The notes under the pieces are model-generated. The model was given only the letters and a program-made list of their open reading frames with translations, was not told where the DNA came from and did not search any database. This document shows positions 22,266 to 32,494 of a DNA stretch of 64,000 nucleotides, one piece after another. The stretch is from Patescibacteria group bacterium (GTDB lineage: Bacteria > Patescibacteriota > Microgenomatia > UBA8517). Where the stretch lies: NCBI GenBank assembly GCA_038206135.1, contig JBBRBD010000003.1:4453-68452 (forward strand). Reading direction: 5' to 3'. The stretch's first letter is position 1; each line of letters starts with the position of its first letter. Both the position numbers and the translations under genes were made by a program.

Positions 22266-22730
22266 TTAAGCTCGTTCTTCATCACCATAGACTAGAACAT
22301 CTGAAGCGCTTACGTAGTCAAACAATTCGTGTTTCTCAAACATCAAACCAATTTCTTTTTGAGCTGATTCAGCTGAATCGGAAGCATGAATAAGGTTTTG
22401 CTGCCCACTCATTGCAAAGTCTCCTCGAATTGATCCTGCTTCTGCTTCTCGTCCTTTAGTAACTCCAATAATCTTTCGAACTGCAGCAACCCCTTCCAGT
22501 CCTTCCCAAACCATTGCAACAATTGGCGTCCAAGTCATGTATTTTTTAAGATCCGTGAAAAATGACTTGTCTTTGTGGTGTGCGTACCATTCATCTAAAA
22601 TATTATCGTCAAGCTGCATCATTTTAACAGCAATCAACTTCATACCCTTTCGTTCAAATCTATGCATAATCTCTCCTACAAGTCCTCGTTGCAGCCCATC
22701 TGGTTTAATTAGTACTACAGTGCGTTCCAT
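22266..22730 (-). CDS. ndk: Nucleoside diphosphate kinase
   Basis: ERTVVLIKPDG, GSIRGDFA and the catalytic-His motif NLIHASDS. Confidence 0.97.
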   Translation of the reverse strand: MERTVVLIKPDGLQRGLVGEIMHRFERKGMKLIAVKMMQLDDNILDEWYAHHKDKSFFTDLKKYMTWTPIVAMVWEGLEGVAAVRKIIGVTKGREAEAGSIRGDFAMSGQQNLIHASDSAESAQKEIGLMFEKHELFDYVSASDVLVYGDEERA

Positions 22731-22736
22731 ATGTGT

Positions 22737-24020
22737 TCAAGCTGATTTTAATACGTTCTCAAACTCTTTACTAGACTCAAATGGTCCAATGATAGCCAGA
22801 TTAAGTTTTTCGTTTACGAAAAGTTCGTTTGCGAGTGTGTATATCTCATCAACGGTGACCGCATCAATTGAAGTAAAATCTTCTTCTGGTGTAGTCGTTT
22901 TTTTAATTAAAAGCTCATCGTAACCAAAATAGTTTCCAACGCTTTTAGTGTTCTCAAGTGAAAGCGCAATATGTCCCTTTATATAATCTTTCGCCTTTTG
23001 CAGTTCTTCGTTTGTAATAGGCTTTGTTTTTTTGGAAAGTGAACTGAGCTCATCTAGGATAACCTTCAATGCTTCAGGTGCTTTCTTGGGATCAGTTCCT
23101 GTGTAGGTAGAAATCGCTCCAATATCAGTAAAATGGTCACTTCCCATTCGCACCGTATAGCAAAGTCCTCTCTTTTCGCGTACTTCTGTAAACAATCTGC
23201 TACTCATACCTCCTCCAAGAATTGTTTCTAAAAGAGACTCCGCATATCGCGATTCATCATCAAGCGGTTTTCCGATGTGTCCAACTATAAAATGTGCTTG
23301 TTCAATTTTTTTATTTATTAACCTTATCTGTGCCTTCTCTTGCTTAAACACAAACTTCGATGCGGTTGAACTATCATTTCCTAAATCAATTTTATTAAAG
23401 TACTTTTCAGTAAGTTTCATTGAGTCCTCTTCAGTAATGCCACCCGCTACTGTAATTACAATGTTTTGGGCATGATAATGTTTGTTTCTAAAATCTAAGA
23501 AGTTTTGTCGATTAATTGTTTTTCCAACTGTTTCTTTATTACCTATAATGTCTACTCCGAGTGGATTTCCTTCGAAAATAAGTTGTTCAAAAACGTCGCC
23601 AATTCGGTACATTGGTGTGTCTTCGTACATATTCATTTCCTCAATTACTACTCCCCGCTCTTTTTCTATTTCTTCTGACTTTAAAAGTGGAGACAGTACC
23701 ATATCTGAAAGTACATCAAACGCTTTATCCATCAGTCCACTCTGAGCTTTGATATAAAAATTTGTGTAGTCTTTTGAAGTACCAGCGTTAAATTCAGCAC
23801 CCATTGCATCAATTGTTTCAGAAATAACTTTAGCTGATGTGTACTTCTCTCCTCCTTTAAATACCATGTGTTCTAAAAAATGAGAAATACCCGATATTTT
23901 GGCTTCTTCGTATCGAGAACCAACACCGACCCAAACGGTAACTGTTGCACTTGTCAGACTTGGCATTGGAATAGTAAGAAGCCTCAAACCTGAAGAAAAT
24001 GTGTGCTTGTGAGCTTGCAT
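22737..24020 (-). CDS. M16 family Zn-dependent peptidase
   Basis: Inverted zincin HFLEH, NAGTS and GGGMSSRLFTEVREKRGLCY. Confidence 0.95.
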   Translation of the reverse strand: MQAHKHTFSSGLRLLTIPMPSLTSATVTVWVGVGSRYEEAKISGISHFLEHMVFKGGEKYTSAKVISETIDAMGAEFNAGTSKDYTNFYIKAQSGLMDKAFDVLSDMVLSPLLKSEEIEKERGVVIEEMNMYEDTPMYRIGDVFEQLIFEGNPLGVDIIGNKETVGKTINRQNFLDFRNKHYHAQNIVITVAGGITEEDSMKLTEKYFNKIDLGNDSSTASKFVFKQEKAQIRLINKKIEQAHFIVGHIGKPLDDESRYAESLLETILGGGMSSRLFTEVREKRGLCYTVRMGSDHFTDIGAISTYTGTDPKKAPEALKVILDELSSLSKKTKPITNEELQKAKDYIKGHIALSLENTKSVGNYFGYDELLIKKTTTPEEDFTSIDAVTVDEIYTLANELFVNEKLNLAIIGPFESSKEFENVLKSA

Positions 24021-24071
24021 GAGACAAAGTATAGCGCTAAAACCGGCAATCGCATACTGGCAGGAAGGAAA

Positions 24072-25742
24072 TTACATCTTTTCGGGGACCTCAATGCCGA
24101 GAAGAGACAAGCCGTTAGTAAGAACAATTTCTACGGCTTTACTTATAGATAAAAACTCAGCCTCGCGATCATTTCCAATTATTCTATTTGAATCATAAAA
24201 AGTGTTGAATGTTTGGGCTAGTGAATACAAATATTCGGCCAAATATGCAGGTTGATATTTATTCGCAGCAAAGTTTACTACCTCAGGAAACTGAATAAGT
24301 TTATGGGCAAGGAGTGAATCTTCTTCCGAAATTAAATTCACCGGAGAGATTAATATTTCTGATTTTGAAAGCAGGCTTCGAATTCTCACAACTGTATATT
24401 GCATATAGGGGCCAGAATTCCCTTTCATATTTAGTATTTCATCCCAATCAAAAATAATATCGGAGATAGGATCACGTTTCAGCTCATTCCATTTCAATGC
24501 ACCGATGGAAATTGTCTCAGCAGATTCTGAATTTTCGGATGATAGTAGTTTTGCCTTCTCAAATGCTTCATGTAATACCTCTTCAAGCCAAATAACATTC
24601 CCTTTCCTGGTAGACATTTTTTTGTCTTTGAAACGAAATAGTCCGTGTTTCAAATGGACTCGTTGACCTGACTTTACCCAACCAAGTATTTTTTCGACTT
24701 CATACAACTGTTGAAAATATAGTGCTTGATCACCACCAACTTCATTAATAATAGTTACATCTTTTCCATAATTTAAAAATCTCCATTTGTCAGCTGCTAA
24801 ATCCCGAGTCGCATATAAGCTTGCTCCGTCTTTTTTAACAACCATTAATGGTGGGTATTTTTCATTATCAAAAAATACAAGTTGAGCCCCCTCTTCGCCA
24901 TTTCTAAGCATTTGTTTTTCCACTAACTCTTCTAATACAATCTGCATTTTGTCTTCAAAAAAACTTTCTCCGTATCCTCTTCCATTGTTCTCAGTAAAAA
25001 CTACCCCAAGTTTTTTATAAATTTTGTCAAATTCTAAAAATGACCAATCAATGCATTTTTGCCAAATCCTTTTAGCTTCGGCGTCACCTTCTTCGAGTTT
25101 TTTAAACCAAGCTCTGCCCTTGTCATCAAGGGTAGAATCTTTTTCAGCTTCTTCATGAAATTTTATATATAAGCTCACGAGTTCCTTGACCGGATTGTCA
25201 CTTTTTTCAATTTGCTCTTCATTTCCCCATGTTTTTATCGCATAAATTTGTTTACCAAATTGCGTTCCCCAGTCCCCTAAATGATTATCTCGAAAAACAG
25301 TAAACCCTTGGAACGTGAGTAAATTAGCAACAGCATCTCCAATAATTGTTGAGCGAAAATGGCCAATATTGAACGGTTTGGCAATATTTGGAGAACTATA
25401 TTCGACAATCACTTTATTGTCAGGGGTATTTTTTTCTTTTCCAAAGTTTCCTTTTTCAGAAAGGGCAGTATTTAATCCTTCTAAAACAACCTTATCTTTT
25501 AAATAGAAATTAATAAAACCTGGACCCGCAATTTCAATTTTTGAAATAATTTCTTTGATGCTTTCGTTTGTTTCTAACCTTTTTAACAACTCAGACGCAA
25601 ATTCTCGAGGATTTTTACCACTCTGCATTGCAATATTTGTAGTGTAATCGCCATGTTCAGGTTTATCCGCAAAGACAAGCTGAATGTTGTCGACACCTGT
25701 TTCTTTTAAAAGTATTTTTACGATTGTTTCTCGAATCTTCAT
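24072..25742 (-). CDS. argS: Arginine--tRNA ligase
   Basis: VEYSSPNIAKPFNIGHFRST, GDWGTQFG, KMSTRKG and GNSGPYMQY. Confidence 0.97.
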   Translation of the reverse strand: MKIRETIVKILLKETGVDNIQLVFADKPEHGDYTTNIAMQSGKNPREFASELLKRLETNESIKEIISKIEIAGPGFINFYLKDKVVLEGLNTALSEKGNFGKEKNTPDNKVIVEYSSPNIAKPFNIGHFRSTIIGDAVANLLTFQGFTVFRDNHLGDWGTQFGKQIYAIKTWGNEEQIEKSDNPVKELVSLYIKFHEEAEKDSTLDDKGRAWFKKLEEGDAEAKRIWQKCIDWSFLEFDKIYKKLGVVFTENNGRGYGESFFEDKMQIVLEELVEKQMLRNGEEGAQLVFFDNEKYPPLMVVKKDGASLYATRDLAADKWRFLNYGKDVTIINEVGGDQALYFQQLYEVEKILGWVKSGQRVHLKHGLFRFKDKKMSTRKGNVIWLEEVLHEAFEKAKLLSSENSESAETISIGALKWNELKRDPISDIIFDWDEILNMKGNSGPYMQYTVVRIRSLLSKSEILISPVNLISEEDSLLAHKLIQFPEVVNFAANKYQPAYLAEYLYSLAQTFNTFYDSNRIIGNDREAEFLSISKAVEIVLTNGLSLLGIEVPEKM

Positions 25743-25943
25743 TTGGCAATTGTATCAGAATAAACAAACTCTTTCTTGCTTAAATATCACTATGGGCACA
25801 CAAAGCCTTATCATATTTTTCTTCTCAAAACTGTGTGTTTCAACCTCCTCTATTTTTCTTTTCTTTCAAAGAAGTATCATATTTCATGATTAAAACAACG
25901 CTCATGCATACGCGCTTTTTTTAGATTATTATGAAGGTGCACC

Positions 25944-28481
25944 ATGAAATCATCAAAAAACTATGCATACCAACCCGTTGAGAGCGTGCTTACAGAGTTT
26001 CATGTAAACAAAGACAAAGGGTTGACGAGCGCTCAAGCAACTGAACATTTGCGAAAATTTGGACATAACTCTATTTCTACACACGTAAAACGTCACATTG
26101 TTTTTGAGTTTTTAACAAACTTCACAAACCCGCTTATTGTTATTTTATTGGTAATTGTCGTAGTTTCTTTTGTGCTGGGAGATACTATAAATGGAATTAT
26201 TGTAATGGCAATGATTCTACTGAGTGTTTGCTTGAACTTTTATCAAGAATACAAAGCGAGTAATTCTGCAGAAAAACTGAAGGAAAAAGTTGCACTCATT
26301 ACGACAGTCATTCGAGATGGTGTTGAAAAAAACATTCGAGCAAGTCAAGTGTGCGTGGGAGATATATTATTTTTAAATGCAGGCGACCTCATTCCAGCCG
26401 ACTCCAGAATTATTGAAACGAAAGATTTTTTCGTCAATCAGTCAGCACTAACTGGGGAAAGCTTCCCTGTTGAAAAATCATCAATTGCAGAAAACTCTAA
26501 AGATATTGGAATTTCGTCAGTTAAAAGCATGATTTTTTCAGGTACAAGCGTTGTCACGGGAACCGCAAAAGCAATTGTTGTTGCAACTGGAGCAAATACA
26601 GAGTTTGGACATATCGCGGTTGAACTTGATCAAAAGGAAGTACAAAACAGTTTTACAAGAGGTGTCAAGGGTTTTAGTTTTTTTATTCTTCGAATTGTTT
26701 TAGTATTTGTACTCTTTATATTTGCAGTAAATGCATTTATTAAACAAGATATTTTAGAGTCTCTCACTTTTGCAATTGCTGTTGCAGTAGGATTGACCCC
26801 AGAATTTTTACCTATGATTATGACCGTTACCATGAGTAAGGGTGCAGTCCTTATGGCTAAAAAAGGGGTGATCGTGAAAAAGCTCACTGCCATTCCTACG
26901 TTCGGTAGTATGAATATATTGTGTACTGACAAAACAGGCACCATTACACAAGACAAAATTGAATTAGTTAAATGCGTTGATTTTAAAGGCGAGAATTCTG
27001 AAGAAGTACTTACAAAAGCATATATAAACAGTAAAATGCAGACCGGTATCAATAATCCCCTCGACGAAGCAATCAAGAGATTTAAGACATTTAAGCTAGA
27101 TGCATACAAAAAACTTGATGAGATTCCGTTTGATTTCACCAGGCGCCGTATGAGCGTCGTTGTTTCTGAAAAAGGAGTTGCCTGTTTAATTTCAAAAGGT
27201 GCACCTGAATCGATGATTTCCCAATGCACCACTATATTAATGGGTAAAACAGTCACGAAACTCACAGAGCGTTTAAAGGCAGATGCAATTGCTCAATATC
27301 AATTTCTAAGCACAGATGGATTCCGAGTTTTAGCACTTGCTCAAAAACAATTTAAGAAACCACATGAAAGTTATTCGCAAAGCGATGAGAAAGGAATGAC
27401 ATTACTTGGTTTTACAGCCTTTTTAGACCCTGTAAAACCTAATGTAAAGAAGGCTATTGATGCTCTTGAAGCAATTGGTATCGAAGTAAAAGTTGTCACC
27501 GGAGACAACGAACTTGTGACGAAGAAAGCATGTGCCGACGCAGACATTTTTGTAAAAGGAGTTTTACTTGGACATGAAATCACAAATATGTCTGACCATG
27601 AGCTTTCTATAAAAGCACAATCAATAACCATTTTTGCCCGTTTTTCCCCGAGTGAAAAGGAACGAGTTATAAAAGCACTGAGAATGAGTGGAAATGTTGT
27701 TGGATACATGGGAGATGGAATAAACGATGCTCCTTCTATCAAGGCCGCTGATGTAGGGATTTCAGTCAATAATGCTGTTGACGTTGCGAAAGAATCAGCA
27801 GACTTTATTCTCACGCATAAAAGCTTATTGGAGCTAAAGGATGGGGTTTCAGAAGGCAGAACCATTTTTGGAAATACCATGAAGTACATCATGATGGGAC
27901 TTTCAAGTAACTTTGGGAACATGTTTTCTGTGCTCGGTGCTGTTCTTTTTTTGCCATTTCTTCCAATGCTTCCTATTCAGATTCTTTTGAATAATTTCTT
28001 GTATGACTTATCACAAGTAACCATTCCCACTGATACTGTCGACGAGGAATATTTGAAAGGCCCGAAGCGATGGAACATGCAGTTTATCCGTCGATTTATG
28101 TTTATTTTTGGACCAATAAGCTCTGTCTTTGACTTTGTTACTTTCTACTTTCTCTATCAGACATTTCATTTATCACCTTCAGCATTTCAAACAGGCTGGT
28201 TCATGGAGTCGCTTGCTACACAAGCTTTGGTTATCCATATTATCCGTACAAAGAAAATTCCATTTGTACAAAGTAGAGCAAGTTTGGCACTTATGATTTC
28301 TACCTTTGTAATCGTGACATTTGGATGGATGCTACCCTATTTACCTTTTGGGAAATACTTTAACCTAGTGCCACTTCCACTCACTACAATTCTTGTACTA
28401 GCCGGTATAGTTGCTATTTATTTGGTTGTTGTGGAATTTGGAAAAAGAATCTTCTACCGAAATTTACAAATGGAAATATAA
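25944..28481 (+). CDS. mgtA: Mg2+-importing P-type ATPase
   Basis: TGESFPVEK, AVAVGLTPEFLP, DKTGT phosphorylation site, MGDGINDAP, SSNFGNMFS and FQTGWFMES. Confidence 0.93.
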   Translation: MKSSKNYAYQPVESVLTEFHVNKDKGLTSAQATEHLRKFGHNSISTHVKRHIVFEFLTNFTNPLIVILLVIVVVSFVLGDTINGIIVMAMILLSVCLNFYQEYKASNSAEKLKEKVALITTVIRDGVEKNIRASQVCVGDILFLNAGDLIPADSRIIETKDFFVNQSALTGESFPVEKSSIAENSKDIGISSVKSMIFSGTSVVTGTAKAIVVATGANTEFGHIAVELDQKEVQNSFTRGVKGFSFFILRIVLVFVLFIFAVNAFIKQDILESLTFAIAVAVGLTPEFLPMIMTVTMSKGAVLMAKKGVIVKKLTAIPTFGSMNILCTDKTGTITQDKIELVKCVDFKGENSEEVLTKAYINSKMQTGINNPLDEAIKRFKTFKLDAYKKLDEIPFDFTRRRMSVVVSEKGVACLISKGAPESMISQCTTILMGKTVTKLTERLKADAIAQYQFLSTDGFRVLALAQKQFKKPHESYSQSDEKGMTLLGFTAFLDPVKPNVKKAIDALEAIGIEVKVVTGDNELVTKKACADADIFVKGVLLGHEITNMSDHELSIKAQSITIFARFSPSEKERVIKALRMSGNVVGYMGDGINDAPSIKAADVGISVNNAVDVAKESADFILTHKSLLELKDGVSEGRTIFGNTMKYIMMGLSSNFGNMFSVLGAVLFLPFLPMLPIQILLNNFLYDLSQVTIPTDTVDEEYLKGPKRWNMQFIRRFMFIFGPISSVFDFVTFYFLYQTFHLSPSAFQTGWFMESLATQALVIHIIRTKKIPFVQSRASLALMISTFVIVTFGWMLPYLPFGKYFNLVPLPLTTILVLAGIVAIYLVVVEFGKRIFYRNLQMEI

Positions 28482-28503
28482 ACAGTATAATTTGACTATA
28501 CTT

Positions 28504-29112
28504 ATGAATAAATTTTTTAAAGTCACCTTAGTCGTAGGAACGTTATTTCTAACTTCTGCAAGTGCTGTCTTTGGCTACGATGGTCATGTAAACCTCACAA
28601 ATAGAGTGGGAGAAGATGGTAGATGTTGGGCACCAACAGTACTCATGCAAGATCAAACATACAAAGTCTTATTGTCTTGTCGAGATATTACGTATCCTGG
28701 TGGAAATGAAGTTTTCTACTATGTTGTTTGGGCAAATCTCGCAAGCGGAGCAAAACCAGAGCGACTTGGAAGTCTAGGACTTGGAAAAGCTGAATTTCAA
28801 ACTAGAAACGAGTTTACCTCACTATTTATTACTAAGGAAAAAAGTGCAAACGCAAGTACTCCAACTGGACAAGTTGTAATGCAAGGAACGCTCCAAGCGG
28901 AAGATCTTTTGCAAGAGCGAGGTAAAGAGACAGCAACAACACCTGCTCAAACACCAAATCCAATTAGCGGAGACAATCAAGTTGTTACTGCAACACCCAT
29001 TACAACACCACAACCTCGAACTGGAATTGCAAAGTTTCTAACAAGTGGAATTTTGGCAGTACTTGGTATTGGAGGTCTTATCTTTGTCGTGTTTCTCGTT
29101 ACAAAAAGATAA
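28504..29112 (+). CDS. Hypothetical secreted protein with P/T linker and C-terminal TM anchor
   Basis: ATG 28504 gives a signal peptide (MNKFFKVTLVV...AVFG) with TATAAT just upstream. The protein ends PRTG, hydrophobic helix, KR. Confidence 0.75.
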   Translation: MNKFFKVTLVVGTLFLTSASAVFGYDGHVNLTNRVGEDGRCWAPTVLMQDQTYKVLLSCRDITYPGGNEVFYYVVWANLASGAKPERLGSLGLGKAEFQTRNEFTSLFITKEKSANASTPTGQVVMQGTLQAEDLLQERGKETATTPAQTPNPISGDNQVVTATPITTPQPRTGIAKFLTSGILAVLGIGGLIFVVFLVTKR

Positions 29113-31593
29113 TTAAACTACGAAGTTTACGATTTTCCCCTTCACATAAATTGTCTTTCTGATACTTTTATCCTCAAGCCATTTTGCAACTTGTTCATCT
29201 ACTTTCGCTTTTAACGTAACTTTCTCTTCATTTTCGCTTTCTTCTTTTGAAATTTCAATTTGTCCTCTCAACTTTCCGTTTATTTGTACAGCAACCACAA
29301 TTTGATCTGGAATAATTTTTGACTCATCATGCATTGGCCAAGGTGCTGTGTGTACGCTTCCAGATTCGTTCAAAACCTCACGCCACACTTCTTCTGTTAG
29401 ATGTGGAGTAAAGGGAGCAAGTAGTGTTGTAAGTGTTTTTAAAGCTTCCTTCCATGTTTCCTTGTCGTCCCCGATTTCCGAATCTTTCAATTCATTTACA
29501 AACTCCATGAGTCCAGAAATTGCAGTGTTATAATGGAAAACGTTAATATCATCAGTTACCTTCTTAACTGTTTGGTGCATTTTAGAAACAATGGCAGAGA
29601 CATCTTTTTTTGAAACTCCTCTATTAACATCATTCAATAAATCCCAAACTCTGTTAGTAAATCGCTGCATCCCTTCAATTCCAGTATCACGAAAGTCAGG
29701 GCTTCCATCCATTGGCCCTAAAAACATAATATAAAGTCTTAGTGTATCTGCTCCAAATTTAGTAATATATTCATCAGGGTTCACGACATTCCCTTTCGAC
29801 TTACTCATTTTTGCCCCATCTTTAATCATTAATCCGTGCGCATAAAGATGTGGGAATGGTTCTTCAAATGAAACTTTCTTTTGATCAAACAAAACTTGAT
29901 TCATAAACCTTGCATACAACAAGTGTAAAACTGAATGCTCTGCACCTCCAAAATACAAATCAACCGGCAGCCACTTTTTAGTAACTTCAAGATCAAATGG
30001 TACTTCAGAAGAATTTGAAAGTCCCACTGTTGGATATCGCAAGTAGTACCACGATGAATCCACAAACGTATCCATAACGTCAGTCTCTCTTTCGGCTTTT
30101 TCTCCACACTTGGGACATACAGTCTCATAAAACTCTTTGTGATTGGCCAACGGACCTTTCCCTTCTCCTTTTGGTTTGTAATCAGTAATTTCAGGTAATA
30201 AGACTGGAAGGTTTTCTTCGGAGACCGTGTACCATCCAGCTGCATTCCATGTTCCACTTTTTACTTCACCATCACCTTTTTGGGCACAAGTCTCGCAAAA
30301 GACCATTGGAATTGGTGCTCCCCAATATCGCTGCCTGGAAATCAACCAATCACGTAAATGATAATTTGTTTGTGGTTCTGCGAGTCGTTGTTCGACGAGC
30401 CACTTTCTCACCGCATCTTTGCCTTCTCCGTTTGAAGAAAGACCGTTGAAATCTCCTGAGTTTGTAAGTGCGCCCGGCTCTTCACTTGAACGCTCATTTT
30501 TCTTGATACTTTGATTAATCTCAGAATTCGCATATGAGACAACTGGTACTATCGGCAAATTGAATTTTTTTGCAAATTCGAAATCTCTCGAATCATGTGC
30601 CGGTACTCCCATGACTGCACCAGTTCCGACGCCTTCAATTACATAGTCAGCCACATAAACTGGTATTTGATCTTTAGTTGCTGGATTTAATACGGTAAGC
30701 CCTGTATTTTCACCTGTTTTTTTTCTGTTTGTACGTCGTTCGTCGGCGCTCTTTTCCAAAGCGTGTTCAGCATACCGAATAGATTCTACAGAGACATCAG
30801 GAGCAAGTTTTGACAACAAATATTCAGGAGAAACGACTAAAAATGTCGCTCCAAAAATAGTTTCCCAATAGGTTGTCCAAACAGCAATATTGCTAAATTT
30901 AATTTCAAGACCTTCACCTTTTCCTATCCACTGCTTTTGGGCCTGTTTAATCTTTGATGGCCATTCAATATTTTCTAAATTATTTAAAAGTCTATCTGCA
31001 TATTTAGTAATAGACAAAAACCATTGTGTTAAATCCTTACGTTCTACAACAGTCCCACATCTTTCGCATTTTCCATCTATTACTTGTTCATCAGAAAGAA
31101 CAGTCTTACAAGATGGGCACCAGTTAACCTTCGCTTCCTTTCTATATGCAAGACCTGCCTTAAAACAAAGCGTAAAAAGCCACTGTGTCCATTTATAGTA
31201 ATCAGGGTCTGATGTCGTTACTGTTCTTTTCCAATCATACCCGTGTCCAAGAGATCTAAGCTGCTCTTCAAAATGTTTAGTTGTCCGTGACAACATAAAC
31301 TGAGGTGTTTGTCCAACTTTAATAGCATAGTTTTCAGAATGAATTCCAAAAGAATCGTATCCCATTGGTTGGAACACAGTTTTCCCATGCATACGCATAA
31401 ATCTTCCATAAATATCACTGCCGGTGGATGAAAAAGCATGACCTGCGTGCAATCCTTCCGCTGAAGGATATGGAAACATGAATAAGTTATAAAAAGGGTT
31501 TTCAATGTCTTTCATATCGGCTGCAGAATACAAAGATTCGGTGTCCCATTTCATTTGCCATTTCTTTTCAATCAATTGGTGTTCGTATTTCAT
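29113..31593 (-). CDS. leuS: Leucine--tRNA ligase
   Basis: MFPYPSAEGLHAGH, GTGAVMGVPAHD, DWLISRQRYWG and KMSKSKGN. Confidence 0.97.
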   Translation of the reverse strand: MKYEHQLIEKKWQMKWDTESLYSAADMKDIENPFYNLFMFPYPSAEGLHAGHAFSSTGSDIYGRFMRMHGKTVFQPMGYDSFGIHSENYAIKVGQTPQFMLSRTTKHFEEQLRSLGHGYDWKRTVTTSDPDYYKWTQWLFTLCFKAGLAYRKEAKVNWCPSCKTVLSDEQVIDGKCERCGTVVERKDLTQWFLSITKYADRLLNNLENIEWPSKIKQAQKQWIGKGEGLEIKFSNIAVWTTYWETIFGATFLVVSPEYLLSKLAPDVSVESIRYAEHALEKSADERRTNRKKTGENTGLTVLNPATKDQIPVYVADYVIEGVGTGAVMGVPAHDSRDFEFAKKFNLPIVPVVSYANSEINQSIKKNERSSEEPGALTNSGDFNGLSSNGEGKDAVRKWLVEQRLAEPQTNYHLRDWLISRQRYWGAPIPMVFCETCAQKGDGEVKSGTWNAAGWYTVSEENLPVLLPEITDYKPKGEGKGPLANHKEFYETVCPKCGEKAERETDVMDTFVDSSWYYLRYPTVGLSNSSEVPFDLEVTKKWLPVDLYFGGAEHSVLHLLYARFMNQVLFDQKKVSFEEPFPHLYAHGLMIKDGAKMSKSKGNVVNPDEYITKFGADTLRLYIMFLGPMDGSPDFRDTGIEGMQRFTNRVWDLLNDVNRGVSKKDVSAIVSKMHQTVKKVTDDINVFHYNTAISGLMEFVNELKDSEIGDDKETWKEALKTLTTLLAPFTPHLTEEVWREVLNESGSVHTAPWPMHDESKIIPDQIVVAVQINGKLRGQIEISKEESENEEKVTLKAKVDEQVAKWLEDKSIRKTIYVKGKIVNFVV

Positions 31594-31643
31594 GATTATT
31601 TAAACTAATGCTACTATTGTATATAAATTAGAGCTTACACGCA

Positions 31644-32468
31644 ATGAAATATCATCCAGACGATCTTACAAAAAATTTTAAATCACAGCTGAGACAACAA
31701 AAACTTTCAGAGGGAACAATTCGTTTTTATATTTCCGATGTTAGAGTGTTTTTGAGGTTTATTTATCAAGTTTCTGGTGACTATGAAATTACCCCAGAGA
31801 TGTTTGAATCGTATGAAAATTTTTTAAAGTCAGGTACTCTACCTACAAAAACAATTAATCGAAAGCTTTCTTCACTCCGCATATTTAGCACATTTCTTTT
31901 GAAACAAGGTTTTTTGAAAGAAAATTTTATGAACAAAGTAAAAAACAACAAATCCAAAGGTGGAAATACACGGCCATTTAAAGCCTCTCCAACAATTATT
32001 TTGTTGTCCGTATTTATTATCGTTCTCCTCGTTGGAAGCTTTGTTTTTACAGCAGGTAACAAAGATATTTTTTCTATCACAACTTCTCCAATTATTGACC
32101 AACAAAAGCCGATAACTTTAACTGACACATTAAAAACTACTACTTCGAAACCTCCTGAAATACTTCAAGCACAAAGTATCAATGACATAACTGTCGAAGG
32201 AAATGTTCCAGAAAAAGAAGCTACCGTTACTACGTATGGAAAGGACGCAATAAATTCTGGAAAACAGGAAGTTAAAATAGTTACTGCTAGTACCAATAGT
32301 TCAGATCTTATGTTTATTACACCTACTTCTCCAATAGACAGTAGTTTTTATGTCGAACAGAAGTCTGGAGTCTTTGTTGTACATTTACAACAAACGCAAC
32401 AAAAAGATTTTACTTTTAACTGGATGCTCGTTTCAAATCAATTACCTATTGACAAACTTCCACGCTAA
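31644..32468 (+). CDS. Integrase SAM-like (core-binding) N-terminal domain + TM helix + external domain; no catalytic recombinase domain
   Basis: The first ~95 aa (LSEGTIRFYISDVRVFLRF...TINRKLSSLRIFSTFL...ENF) resemble the XerC/D N-terminal domain. TM IILLSVFIIVLLVGSFVF follows, and the C-terminus resembles the end of the 1-8883 protein. Confidence 0.8.
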   Translation: MKYHPDDLTKNFKSQLRQQKLSEGTIRFYISDVRVFLRFIYQVSGDYEITPEMFESYENFLKSGTLPTKTINRKLSSLRIFSTFLLKQGFLKENFMNKVKNNKSKGGNTRPFKASPTIILLSVFIIVLLVGSFVFTAGNKDIFSITTSPIIDQQKPITLTDTLKTTTSKPPEILQAQSINDITVEGNVPEKEATVTTYGKDAINSGKQEVKIVTASTNSSDLMFITPTSPIDSSFYVEQKSGVFVVHLQQTQQKDFTFNWMLVSNQLPIDKLPR

Positions 32469-32494
32469 AAGTTAGTCTTACACATAAGATTATA

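Noticed and set aside
28411-28503. Upstream extension of the 28411-29112 ORF
   Set aside because: It overlaps the end of mgtA, and ATG 28504 gives a clean signal peptide with a -10 box upstream.
31644-32468. Prophage or integrative-element integrase
   Set aside because: No catalytic domain, att repeats or phage genes, and a TM helix follows the SAM-like domain.
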